The notes below the pieces were generated by a model. The model searched no databases. It was not told the origin of the DNA and saw only the letters and a list, made by a program, of their open reading frames with translations. A DNA stretch of 64,000 nucleotides, from positions 62,001 through 126,000 of the forward strand of contig CDRNVI010000056.1 in assembly GCA_977017575.1 (NCBI GenBank). Reading direction: 5' to 3'. Within the stretch, counting starts at the first letter, position 1. Every line of letters starts with the position of its first letter. A program made the translations under genes and the position numbers. The stretch comes from Paramoeba atlantica (Eukaryota; Protista; Discosea). Positions 46,122 through 57,978 of the stretch are shown in pieces.

Positions 46122-46645
46122 CTTCAGCCCCGTTACTTGCGTCACTTCGATGAGAAGCGAGTGGGAAGATGACTCTGGCGCCATTGCTGACAAACGCGAG
46201 ACTGCTTCCCCGAAACAGAGCGCCACATACTGTCGACAAAGTTGCCTAATTCGCCTTGGCAACGGGGAGCAAAGAGAAGGTACGTCGAGAGGCTTGGTAA
46301 GACGCTTCACGCATTAGGTTTGCAAGCTGTAAGTCCTCATCCACCTTTCTTCAGGGAGAATTTCAAGCTCTGTAGCTTGAAGTTTGCCCATCCATCATGT
46401 GCATTTCGTGATTCTAAAACTGTTTGAACGTTCGGTTAAATTAAAGAAAAATTCGGATTACGTTTCCAACTCGATGAGTTCTCATCGAACGGGCGCTCAT
46501 TTGATGAAATCCTCAACGAGCTGGAAATGAACGACTTCGGAGGAAAGTAGTAAAGTTTTATCTCATGGGATTTTTTATAGCTACCTTGGGTTGTGGTGGT
46601 TGCTGGGGATACGACGAGCTCAGCGAAGTGAAAAAGACAGCCCAT
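46121..46645 (-). pseudogene. Degenerate gene; empty-site paralog of the gene interrupted at 51347-52062
   Basis: LPVAK...ATLSTVCGAL.RG is shared with 51190-51340. Confidence 0.6.
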
Positions 46646-47060
46646 GAGATCTTATTGAATAAAGAGCAATTCGGACACACCAACGACTTTGGATAAGGGA
46701 AAGCAAGAAAGGACATGAAAGACACGGAGGCCGAAACAGGGTAAAAGCGGAGACAGTTCGGAGCAGGCGATGAACGGAGCGAATTTCATTGGTGTTTTTG
46801 TAGTGCGAAAGAAACTGTCTCAGAATCGTCTACGAGAGACTCACATTCCGACGGGTAGTCCCACGTACGGTCGGCTGAATGCTGCTCCTTACGATGTTCC
46901 TCTACGCATAACGATGCTAGGGTTCCCATGGTGTTTCGATCAAAAAAACGGATTCGAACATAATCTTGCAAAGTTGAATATAATCTTGCGAATTTGAATA
47001 TAGTGTGTAATTTAAGTATAATCTAGACCCCCGGGTTACTATCAGCACGCTCGTCTGCAC

Positions 47061-47420
47061 TTACAACTTCAAAAAATTTTCAAAGCACGTCAAATGTGTT
47101 GTCAGATTCAACGCACGTTCAAATGTGTTGAAAAAGAAAACTCGGTTCATGCATCGAAGGATGTTCGTGAGCCCGTCCTGCCAAGCCTGAGCACGAGCCG
47201 TATGTTGAGATCCGAAGTTGACACACTGCAAAGTCTCGTTTCGTTTCAACTCCATTGAGGGCATTCCATAGTTGTAATGCTGAGGGCGCGTCCAAGTTTT
47301 AATAATGCGATGTACATACTCCACATGATTAGTGTGGTACCCGTGTAGCTCTACAAACTCTTTGCTGTGATTTACGGCGTGGTGGCGGCAAAATCCATGC
47401 CTCAATGCCCGAATATCCAC
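47061..47420 (-). pseudogene. Merlin/IS1595 transposase C-terminal fragment
   Basis: HHAVNHSKEFVELHGYHTNHVE. Confidence 0.75.
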
Positions 47421-47742
47421 GCCAACAGTCGTTTAATAATTTTCAACCTTGAATAGTTGTTCTATTGTATTTAGACCTATACTCGACTTTACACTTAGTA
47501 TTCCCCCTATTTAGTGTTTAGATTTTTCTTTAGATTCCTTCTAGATTCCCTCGAGAAATGCTCTCTCGATGTCATCACTTACTTGAGGGGCTGCGGGTTT
47601 CGAGGTTTCACGAGCTTTCGCGAAGTTTTCAAGCTACACGGTCAGCTCAATGTAAAATATTTGCCGTACGAATTGGAAATTTCTTCTTTTTTAGTGGCTT
47701 CGTTAAACGCGGCGGTTGTTTTCAACTTAGAAGTCACTCAAA

Positions 47743-48254
47743 GGAAAGGTAATTGTGGGAGAAGGGGTAGTCGAGAGAGGGAAGCACACTCACTCCACGG
47801 GAATGAGTCGGGAAGGGGTGAAGGGGTGGTTCCCCTGCTTCAGCAATAGAGAGGGACAGTTTAGGCCTCAGTGCTGGCCGGCAACGGGCATAAGAATTCA
47901 GTACGAGTACGCTCGTTGCCGGGGAAAGAGGGGATGAACTAACGAAAAACAACAAGGTACAGAAACTGTATCTTGCATGTCAGACCTAGCCCTTATAGAA
48001 GCTGTGTACCCACAGGCCTTTCATTCGTAGGCCTTACTCGAATTGAAAAACCATATTTTGCCTCACGGGGGAGGGTCTACGGTAGTATATTAGATTATAT
48101 TAGTATATTATATAGGTAGGTCTACGGTACTATATTATGTAGTTCCGCGAAGCCTATTTATCTACACACCTGTATCTATCAAGGTGAGTAGAGTGTATTG
48201 TTAGAGTACATCCAGTCATTAGTCAGTTAATGGAACCTCTTCTATTGTAAAGTT
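47743..48254 (-). mobile_element. SL-containing element, type B copy 2, 3'-truncated
   Basis: SL core at 47950-47974; highly similar to 45655-46121. Confidence 0.75.
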
Positions 48255-48260
48255 TACGCT

Positions 48261-49145
48261 ATGCATACTTTATTCGGTATAGACGACGGCACTGATCTAC
48301 GCCGGGGTAAGGTGACCGCTCTGCTACTCCCCCAAGAAGATATGCTGGAACGCTTCGTTTCAAACGTAACAGAAAAGGATAAGTCTTGGCGTACGACAAA
48401 GAAAAATATGATTGGCCGTGTCAAACGCGTTTCCCCGTGTAATTGGCGGGGTTTTTCCTGCAATGAGAAACAGCAAGTCGAAGACATAAATTTCAGCATC
48501 ATTGGCCAGACAAAATTTACAGGTTCGCTACAGTGGGAATATCTGCCCCCCACGATATTATCTTGCAACGTCGGAGGTCAGAGCTTCACGGGTTCTGTGT
48601 TGCTCGACGGACTACCGCCTCGGATGACTAAACTCGATGTATCATGCAACGAATTCAGTGGTGAGTTATGCTGCACTCGTCTTCCTGATACATTGACATG
48701 TCTCATGTTGGGCAACAACGATTTTGAAGGAAGTGTCGATTTGACGCAGTTCCCTGCAGGGGTAACGGTAATACAACTGTACAATAATCAATTTACCGGA
48801 TCCCTGAATTTGCAGCACTTGCCACAAGGAATGAGTGGGATAGGCATATCGAACAACAACTTTTCCGGTCGACTCGATCTGCAACATTTGCCGCAAGCAC
48901 TGTTTTCTCTGTATTGTGATCGAAATCTTTTTTCAGGATTGGTGGCGTTTGATAATCTTCCTCCGCAGTTAAGATACATTAACTTAAGGGGCAACAAAGA
49001 TCTTTTTGGGGTGCTTGACGAATCAGTTTTGACGAATCTTATATTGCAGGTCCAAATACAAGGCACCGGCATTCAGGTTAAAAGAAAACCTTGTGGGTTG
49101 GGGTACGACTTGCTTACTGGACATCCGGACTCAGATGACTGGTAA
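48261..49145 (+). CDS. LRR protein (member 8)
   Basis: IDDGTDLRRGKV, CNWRGFSC, LRRs. Confidence 0.92.
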   Translation: MHTLFGIDDGTDLRRGKVTALLLPQEDMLERFVSNVTEKDKSWRTTKKNMIGRVKRVSPCNWRGFSCNEKQQVEDINFSIIGQTKFTGSLQWEYLPPTILSCNVGGQSFTGSVLLDGLPPRMTKLDVSCNEFSGELCCTRLPDTLTCLMLGNNDFEGSVDLTQFPAGVTVIQLYNNQFTGSLNLQHLPQGMSGIGISNNNFSGRLDLQHLPQALFSLYCDRNLFSGLVAFDNLPPQLRYINLRGNKDLFGVLDESVLTNLILQVQIQGTGIQVKRKPCGLGYDLLTGHPDSDDW

Positions 49146-49361
49146 TGGCCTTTGGACGATAGTGATGGTAACTGGGGAAAGAGTAAATTTTCAGAATAGG
49201 CGCCGTGGAAATCCAAGACACCTTGGAAATCATTTATCTTTATTACGACTTCGTCATCAGAGTTATCTACCGTAAGTACCTTACCGGTGTTGTGTCGCTT
49301 GTTGCGTTATACTGCTTCACCTTCTGTGCAATCATTTTCACGTCTTGTAAAGTACTTAATA

Positions 49362-50508
49362 CATACCCTGGACGGTAATAGGAGGTAATTACCTCCTATT
49401 ACCTCCTATTACCACATATTTTAGTCTACAGTGTGACTTCTAAAAAGTCTTATGTTATCCTATCTAATTGTGTTCTAAGTGATACAGGGGGCTTTTTTCG
49501 CTACTAAGACAGAGTTTCTGCTTTCTTGTGGCGCAAAATACGATGTTATTTATACATACATACATAATAAATACATAAATAATAAATACATGTAGGTTTA
49601 CCTAGGTTTTTTTCCGTCAGTCTATAATTTGGGTCAACTGCAGTCAAAATGTACCCTAAATTTGTTTTTTCTAAAAACTGTATATTTCCATCACATATGT
49701 GTTCCTTTTTTGTTTTTACGCAAAGCATTTGCATATAAATAAGACGATTTACCGATAATTTCTGCCTCGTCTACAACAAATTCGATAGGTCTTCTGATGA
49801 AAATTCCGATTTTAATAGAACTGAATGGTTTTCATCCACCCCAAGTTCCCGCATCAAAATGAAATATATATGCTTACATCGATTGCCCAGACGTCCGTCA
49901 CGGCAAGTGCATCGAGAACCACCAGGACCAACATAAATAGTGTAGTGGCGGTCAGTGGCACTTTTTATCATATACTTGTGGAATCCCATTTCATCCCTTC
50001 CATATCTGCGTTTGAGTCTTATATGTTCAGTGAGCGCTCGACCTAGTCGCGTGGTTGGGCTTTCATAATCTTCCTGAAGGTCCTCACTAGAGTCACTGGA
50101 AACTTCCGCATCTTCTTCATTTGACTGATCTCCGTATACCGCGCTATTGTCAGAGGAGTATCTCGCCATAACAGTCATAAGGTTCTGAAAACGCTTTTTA
50201 GCTTCCGCCTTGAAGAAGACCGTGCAAATAAAATGCGCTCGTGCCTGACAGCTTTCCAAACTTCTGCCCCATTTGTGAAAAAAACGCTTGCAGTAACCCT
50301 TTACACTGGCATGGGCAGACTCTGCGTTGTTGATATGAATGTTGACGTGCGGGGAGTGCTCTCGCGAGAATGCATCAGCGTGGCAAATAGTGTAATGTCG
50401 GTAAATTTCTGCCCACGTTCTGTCATGGTAATTGGGTAATAGAAAAGTGGTAATTACCACCTATTACCACGCATGTGGTAATTACCACCTATTACCGTCC
50501 AGGGTATG
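49362..50508. mobile_element. TIR element (CATACCCTGGACGGTAATAGG ends) with perfect 6-bp TSD TTAATA
   Basis: 32-bp TIR with one mismatch; TTAATA at 49356-49361 and 50509-50514. Confidence 0.9.
49771..50460 (-). CDS. Cargo ORF: Merlin transposase C-terminal segment fused to a SWIM zinc finger
   Basis: HYTICHADAF...IHINNAESAHASVK followed by YTIYVG...CTCRDG...CKHIYFIL. Confidence 0.65.
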   Translation of the reverse strand: MVITTFLLPNYHDRTWAEIYRHYTICHADAFSREHSPHVNIHINNAESAHASVKGYCKRFFHKWGRSLESCQARAHFICTVFFKAEAKKRFQNLMTVMARYSSDNSAVYGDQSNEEDAEVSSDSSEDLQEDYESPTTRLGRALTEHIRLKRRYGRDEMGFHKYMIKSATDRHYTIYVGPGGSRCTCRDGRLGNRCKHIYFILMRELGVDENHSVLLKSEFSSEDLSNLL

Positions 50509-51189
50509 TTAATACTGTACAAAGCTCAATAAACCTCCCGCGCGTCCGAGAAATATATTATTCCGGGCGGGGCACGAAAACTGACAAGGTCCGCACAAGA
50601 GTTACATTCGCTTAAGTTGTACATTCACTCTGAGAGTTACATTTCACTTAAGAGTGATTTAGATTTACTTAGGAGTACTAATAATTAATTGCATTTTTTT
50701 CATGACATCTGAGTCTTCGGAACTGATTCGCAAGAATGAACGTACGCAAAAACAGGTGAGTTATAGAGTTAAAGTCAGCGCCGGTGGCATACCAAGGCCG
50801 CCTCTGGTGTAATTTCGTTTTGAAAAAAAATTTAAACGAAACACCTACCGGAGAAGATTGTCGTAGAGTCTCAAAAGTTTCACGAACATTTGTCTTTTAT
50901 TAGTGCTCACGTTGGCGCTGTTATCCATTTCGAAGAAAGACTATCTATTATCTGTACCCAATGACTTAAAGAGATGTTGCACATTAATTGCCGTCGGAAC
51001 ACTAAAGCAGAAAGAGGCCGATGGGTATGAAGAATTCTATGGAAGGAATTGCCCTACCTTGCCTTCTAACCTTCTACAGTCTCTCACTGTGTGTCTACCT
51101 CTACAACGCCGGAAACGAACCACAATCCGAAATAGCTATGTAGCGAGCCACAGAATACGACGGAGGATTGTATTCTGGGGGTGGTAGTT

Positions 51190-52440
51190 CTTCAGCCCTA
51201 TTACTTGCGTCACTTTGATGAGAAGCGGATGAGAAGATGACGCTGGCGCCACTGCTGGCAAACGCGAGACGTCTTCCCCTCAACAGAGCGCCACATACGG
51301 TCGACAAAGTCGCCCACTTCACCTTGGCAACGGGGAGTTGTTTGTTCATACAGGGCAGTACCTGTAGAGATAATTAGGTCGAGCCGGGGTAAGCGCAATC
51401 AACGTTCCCTGCTGGACCTTTTCGCCTTCCGAGGCAACACAGGGAAAAGCGCGGGATATCCTCCCCAGGAAAGCGAAAAGAGAAGGCCTCATCGGGATAA
51501 GATGTCCCGAGATGTTTTGTAAGCGCAGTGCGCCAGGAAAAATATACGGATTTGTGGGACGCGGATGATATTCCCATCGTACATGCTACAAATGACTTCC
51601 ATGGTTCATGATACAACATGGTCAGGGCCATGGATGCATGCTGGCAAATGGAGTCATGGTTCATGAAGCATCATGGGTATCGGGGTCCCACAGAATCCGC
51701 CACGGCTGGTGAGCAAGAGAGGTGCATAGAACATCCTCTAGAACACGCATACAACGTGTTTGCTCGCCGTGTGGGAGACTCCCGGTATATGGAAGCCTCC
51801 TACGCGCAGAAGTACCGGTGTCGCCGGATAGTGAAGGCACGCCGCGTGGTCCCGTAGTAGGGTCCTGCAGCGCATGGGGACTCGGAACCGTGTTCCGAGC
51901 GGGGTGCTGGGAGATGAGGGAAGGGAGGCGCACCCCTACTTTGCGACAAGAGGGACAGTTCCTCTCCTAGCGCCATCCGGAAACGGGCATTGGCATTGTA
52001 AAAATATGAGAGAAAAGATGAGCTAGGAAAAAAAAGTACCAACAAGGTACAGAAACTGTATCTTTATTAAAGAGAGGGTCTTTTTGAAGGTACGCTTCAA
52101 GGGCAGCAGTGGCCTCTCCAAGGACGTATGCGCTCCGGGGGCAGATGCTCAGAAACAGATGGCCCCGGCGGTCAAACAAGTGGAACAAGACGCGAGTCAC
52201 GATGCACGAGGTCAAGTCAATGCCACACACAGAGCGTGCAACATGTAAGAAGTTGTCCATCGTACGTGACAGGTACCTTGCAATCTCATCCGTTATCTCC
52301 GCATTGCTTATTTCCAGACGTGGTTTAGAGAAAAGGTTGGGCCTCTTTGTAAAAACCAGGACCGTCAATGCCTTGATGGCATCGAAGAGTTTGTCTTCGG
52401 CACTTGGCTCAGCATCAAGAACAATCAATCGCTCTTGCAA
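51190..52440 (-). pseudogene. Unknown gene split by SL-headed element A2
   Basis: EAYLQKDPLFNK | NKQLPVAK reads in register with the paralog at ~46250-46300. Confidence 0.65.
51347..52062 (-). mobile_element. SL-headed element, type A copy 2, 716 bp, flanked by AATAAA/AACAAA
   Basis: Minus strand reads AATAAA|GATACAGTTTCTGTACCTTGTTG|GTAC...CCCTGTATG|AACAAA. Confidence 0.9.
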
Positions 52441-53290
52441 TGTATCATCACTCTCGATAGATATGCAAAATAAAATTGTATAACTGTATCAAAAGTTGGG
52501 AGAACATTTGATTCCCCCAATTTTTCTCCCAATTTACTTTTTTGGGAGAAAATTTAACAGGAACAAAAAAACACTGTCGATAATAAGAAAGATGAAAAAG
52601 AGTCAGACAAAGAAACATTGGAAAATATCGCTAGAAGTGTACACCGAATTTCAATTTCCACATAAAAATAATGCCGTCCCCCCTATTTACTATTTAGTAC
52701 CCCGCCCCCTCTATTTAGTGTTTAATTTCAAAGCTTCGTAGAAAGGCGCCGATTTCTTTTGTACAACCCCGTTCACGAAAACTGGGATCAACTTCGAAAG
52801 AGCATACCATATTTCAGGCATACTCAGATTACCACAGAGAACACCGAAAAAATAGTGCTGAAGGAAATGGACCATTGTCGCCTGGGTTAGACGCAAAGCT
52901 TTTAGGCCCATGCCACGTTTCTGTACCTTCCTGTTGTTTGAAAATGCTCTTTTGTGGGCCATAGAACGAAAAGGAGGACAGAATGAAGAAGAAAGAACGA
53001 AAACGTGGCCTAACTTCAGAATTTCCCACTTTGAAACATCACGATTTTTTTAACTTTTTAAAAACGCGGGAAACGCATTACAATCACATTATACGTAACT
53101 CTGCGAGAGCTCTTGAACGCGGTACTACTTTCCAAAATTGGCTAAGTTATACGAATTTTGACCCCCTCCCCACATTTTCGTACCCACCCCTGTGTATTTT
53201 ATTTTGGCGCAAAGTATCGCAATTGTTTTTCGTATTTTATTGGGTAAAACTCGTAGTAGTATTTCGCTACACAAATTCTACCTTCTGCAT

Positions 53291-54113
53291 ATGCCGCTAA
53301 CTGCAGAGATCATTTCAATGGATATTGCCGAGAGTACTCGCAAGGGTAGAGTACGAGGAGCTAATTTACCACAAGAGTACGAACTTTCGCGATTCATTCA
53401 AAATATAGCGAATCCACATCCGTCGTGGAACACGTCCACGCCTGCATGTGACTGGAGCAACGTGTATTGTGACGTCGAGTTGCACGTAAAGAAGATTTAT
53501 TGGAGACGAATGAAATTGGCAGGGTTACTTCAATGGAACTATCTATGTCGCACAACACGCGAATTTACGACAGTCCAAAACGATCTTAGTGGAGGTGTAC
53601 CACTCGATACATTGCCATCCCCCATGACTGAATTCGTCGTAAATGCCAATGCATTTTCAGGAGAATTGGATCTGTCTCATTTACCCAATGACATGGATAC
53701 ACTTACGAGTGAGCGACAACAATTTTAAGGGTTGTGTGGACCTGACCCACTTGCCTCCCACATTAGCATGTCTGTGGATTAGTACCAATCAATTTTCTGG
53801 GAAGGTTGATCTCGCAATGTTACCATCAAGCATGGGACGTTTGAGTATGTCATACAACTGTTTTACGGGACCACTTGATCTGCAACATTTGCCCTCATCG
53901 TTGAAGTATTTTGAGTGTCGGAAAAATAGATTCAGTGGTCTCGTGCTGTTTGATCGTCTTCCTATAGGATTACATCATCTGAATGTGGAAGATAATTCTG
54001 CTCTGTACGGTGAAGTGCGCCACTCAATTCTGCCGAAAACTTTGAGAAACGTGTACGCGTCCGGCACGAATATATCCTCAGACACACGTTATTATTATAA
54101 CTATAACTTATAG
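53291..54113 (+). pseudogene. LRR gene (member 9), frameshift near 53710
   Basis: GRVRGANLPQEYELSRF, TPACDW; LRRs continue in the second frame. A sequencing error is possible. Confidence 0.8.
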
Positions 54114-54723
54114 CGGTTTCCGGGTCTGGCAAGATAAATGACTTTTTTATTGAATCGGCGATTTCGATCAAACATTGTGGAGCGACTCTTAAACATTGTT
54201 TGAGTATTTGGGCAAAGTCTACTCCCTCTGTCGTTAATCATTAACGACTTATTAATAATAATGATAGTTTAAAAACATATTATGCATGGTGAAAACTTCT
54301 AAAAATAAATTTCACGTAAACAGTATTTTCTTAAATTTTCTTGAGTCAAAAGCGACTTTTTCCCAAAAATCTATTATTTTGAACAATCGTAAAGAATTTT
54401 CGAGTTTTAAGGCGTTTTTCAAGGCTATTATATTATAATGATCATCATAAAAAAATGATAATAATAATCTGAAAATCAGTACCATTCTTGAAGTTTCTTA
54501 TTATCTTTATTAATAGCAGGGACAGTACCTAAGTTGCGCAAGGAAAACATCATGATTTTTAAATTGGTAGAATTATCGTGACTTCCTCACATGTATCGTG
54601 CCGCAGGGCGTTTTTTCCTTTTATAAACTATACTCGCATTTTGCGCTTATTCGCTGTTAAAATCGAGCTGTAACAAAACGGTCTAGCACTATCACGAAAG
54701 GCATAATAATAAATTTTATAATC

Positions 54724-55512
54724 ATGCGCGTTTCATCGAACGACACCGGGGAACCCTGTAAAAAACGCAGAAAGCAAAGCGAATGTGATCCTTCATTGAT
54801 TCCCGGAACGGATATTAAGCAACCTATCCGCTCTTCTGTACGAGCTGCTAAAGTGTTTAATTTACCTCAAGAGTACGAACTCGCGCGTCTCACACAAGAC
54901 ATGAACTATCCGCACAGCTCGTGGAATGCAAGTACCCCGGCGTGCGAGTGGGATGGTGTGATGTGTGATGACAAATACAAAGTTGTGGTAATCGACTGGA
55001 AAACGCGTTTCCTGACAGGAATGCTACACCTTGAGCATCTCCCGCGTTCGACATTGAACTTCGTAGCGCACGAAAATAAATTAAATGGGACGGCAATTCT
55101 TGATAATCTCCCGTGCGTGCTCCATAGGATGAGCCTCTATCGGAACCATCTAGATGGAGAGTTAAATTTGACTGCTCTTCCACAGGCCATGCGAGAGTTG
55201 TATTTGCAACGCAACGAATTTACGGGCGGCATAAATCTTTGTTCCCTTCCTACGGAGATGAATTATCTGGAACTTTCTCATAATCTCTTATTCGGGACCC
55301 CCGATCTGACCAAACTTCCTTTTAACATTAAATTTTTAAGTTTGAGCCACAATAATTTTTCGGGAGAAATAAACTTAACCCGACTGCCACGTTATATGCA
55401 ACGACTAGACTTCGAGAATAACTCTGACTTAAGAGGGGAGGGAAAGCGGTCGTTCATGCCGTTGCGTTTAGGTTGTTGCTACAGCGGTACACAAGTCACT
55501 ATTTTGGATTAA
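54724..55512 (+). CDS. LRR protein (member 10) with a basic NLS-like N-terminus
   Basis: KKRRK; LPQEYELARL; TPACEWDGVMC; LRRs. Confidence 0.9.
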   Translation: MRVSSNDTGEPCKKRRKQSECDPSLIPGTDIKQPIRSSVRAAKVFNLPQEYELARLTQDMNYPHSSWNASTPACEWDGVMCDDKYKVVVIDWKTRFLTGMLHLEHLPRSTLNFVAHENKLNGTAILDNLPCVLHRMSLYRNHLDGELNLTALPQAMRELYLQRNEFTGGINLCSLPTEMNYLELSHNLLFGTPDLTKLPFNIKFLSLSHNNFSGEINLTRLPRYMQRLDFENNSDLRGEGKRSFMPLRLGCCYSGTQVTILD

Positions 55513-55861
55513 ACGTGAGATACACTAGCATAGCAATGCTAAACGAATTTTAGATTCTAACTGCAGATTAGTAGCTACATTATTGCTGTGGTTGTATAAC
55601 TACCGTTCTACCCTCGATTATTGAAAAACAAAAGTAAACTAAAACAGTGAAAATAAGAGGAACACAGTAATATATTATAATACAGGGGGGTACGCGACTG
55701 TGGTGATCGACAGAATATGCACAGTTGGTAGTTAACGTAGAATTCTGCGCGTTCTACGTAGAAATTCTACGTAGAGACTTAGATTTTTTTTACCTAGATA
55801 GCAGTCATTAATTCTTTGATCGAATGATTAGGATTTGGCCTGAAACTATATTTCTAAATCC

Positions 55862-56061
55862 AGGCATAAAGGGGCGAGGAAGATACGAAGCAACAGATAG
55901 ACCAGATTCCCACAGTAAAGCAATCGTATCTCCCTGCACGAAGTTGACTCCAAGCAAGCAAGTGCATAGGTGGCCAATTCTCGTGCAGGGAGATACGATT
56001 TGTTTTCAATCGGGAATCTGCTACATCTGTTGCTTCGCATCTCCCTCGCCCCTTTATGCCT
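55862..56061. mobile_element. 200-bp foldback/MITE, copy 2
   Basis: Homologous to 7333-7531. Confidence 0.8.
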
Positions 56062-56628
56062 TAATTCGGAGCGCGTTCCTTCGTTGCGGGCCATTTTGAA
56101 CGATGCAGACTGGAGACCTCTTTTTTAAGGTTCCGCCCACGCGCGCCCACACGATGCAACGGGGTGGATGCCCGTCCTGGTAGCTACAGTTGGGTAGCCG
56201 TGCTGGGCAGCAAGGCATCGAGTACCGTCTGGGGAGGGGGTATCAAGATAATGAGGGTTGGTGGCCTTAGACTCTACCCTAACGGATGGCGCTGCAGAGC
56301 CCTCCATGTTTCTTTTCAGAATCTAAAAAAAAATAGAATCTAGAGAAGTATCGATCCAAGGGTATTCACCATGGTATCCGGGATTAGCTGACCAGGCTTT
56401 ACCCATTCAAGACGATTTTCTTCATCTGTATTGGACGAATACACGTTTGTTTGATGCGTTGAATTTTTACTTGTGCGTATCTTTCTCTGTACCGAGAGAA
56501 GTCTTGAGTACTTCTTTTCCGGAATCATTTTCTCATATTCTACCGTCTGATTCATACTTCCTACACTTTGCTCTGTATACTTCCTCTACTTTACGTCATC
56601 AGGATTCGGGTGCATGCATTTTAAGTAA

Positions 56629-56847
56629 TCAAAGCTTCCTTGCTTTGCGCCGGGGAAGCGGTCGTAACTGATCTGCAAGTTTGACCCGTGACAAAGCAAC
56701 GTAGACCGCGGCATGTGATAGCGTTTTGCTATGGTAGCTCGTGGGTCTGTGATTTAGATTAATGCACACGTTTTCAGTCAGCGTAGCCCCTTGTACCTTA
56801 TGTATTGTATAAGCAAATCCGCCCTCAACTTCAAGCTCATTATCCAA
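56629..56847 (-). pseudogene. PIF1/Helitron-type helicase C-terminal fragment
   Basis: FAYTIHKVQGATL and VYVALSRV (SF1B motifs V/VI). Confidence 0.85.
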
Positions 56848-57158
56848 ATCACTTTTTTAAACTCAATTGAAAGGCTTCCATGAACCGTGGAAGCTGCAAC
56901 ACCAAGAATAGGATATGGTGTGCAATTCCTTTGTTATATTGCTTCATTAACTAAACTTTGCAGTTCCTTTATTATATTACTGTGTTCCTCTTTGTATCAC
57001 TGTTTTTGTTCATTTTTTTAGTAATCGAGGGTAGAGCGGTAGTTATACAACCGCCGCAATCTAGAGTAATAAATGAAGCGGGAAGAATAATGATTGTTCC
57101 TCAATCTCCTACTTTTGGAAACTTTTTTTACTGATTCTGAACCAAATCTGTATTATAA

Positions 57159-57978
57159 TATGCACTGCTTATACAGTGTTGATGACGGTTCCGATTTACG
57201 TCGGGGCAAAGTGACTTCTCTGTTACTACCCCAAGAGGATATGGTGGAACGATTAATTTCAAACGTAACTGAAAAGCATAAATCTTGGCGTACGACTAAG
57301 AAGAATATGTTCGGTCGTGTCCAACGTTTATCGGTATGCCAATGGCGAGGCGTGACATGTGATAAGGAAGAAATGGTGAGACGAATATAATGGTTTTCAA
57401 TGAAACTTTTAGGCACCTTACAGTGGGAGTTCCTCCCTTATGCATTGCAACATTGTGACCTTTGCAGTAACAGACTAGGAGGATCGCTTCCACTTGACAT
57501 GTTGCCATCACACCTTACATAATTCACATTATCGGTAAACACCTTTACCGGTGAGGTAAACTTAACCCAATTGCCCAACACACTGTATACACTTGGGATG
57601 AGTGACAACCAATTTGAAGGAAATATTGATCTCACGAATCTGTGTTCTAGATTACAATATTTATGTTTTCATGGAAATCAACTTTCAGGTCCCGTCGATC
57701 TTTCTCACCTACCGAAGAAGTTGCGACACTTATATTTGTCCAGAAACAGATTTACAGGACCTCTCTCCTTGCAGCACTTACCTTCATCACTAACTCATTT
57801 TATTTCGGATCACAACTTTTTCTCCGGCTTAGTGATGTTTGACTGTCTTCCCGGAAAATTACAATATTTATCCGTGCACGAAAACAGAGATCTTTACGGT
57901 GAGATTAACACGTCGCTTCTTCCTAGGACTTTAGAACCCTCTTTTCTGGTCGCGGGAACTAACATTCGCTATAAATAA
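57159..57978 (+). pseudogene. LRR gene (member 11) with premature stops
   Basis: VDDGSDLRRGKV; TAA at 57388-57390; LRRs continue to 57978. Confidence 0.85.

Larger units (their letters stand above)
55590..57052. repeat. ~85-bp inverted repeat pair (55590-55680 / ~56969-57052); third copy at ~45049-45130
   Basis: GGTTGTATAACTACCG.TCTACCCTCGATTA...GAGGAACACAGTAATA. Confidence 0.7.

Noticed and set aside
52917-52929. GTTTCTGTACCTT as a fifth SL-like copy
   Set aside because: Only 13 nt match; no GATACA, TTG|GT or stem-loop.
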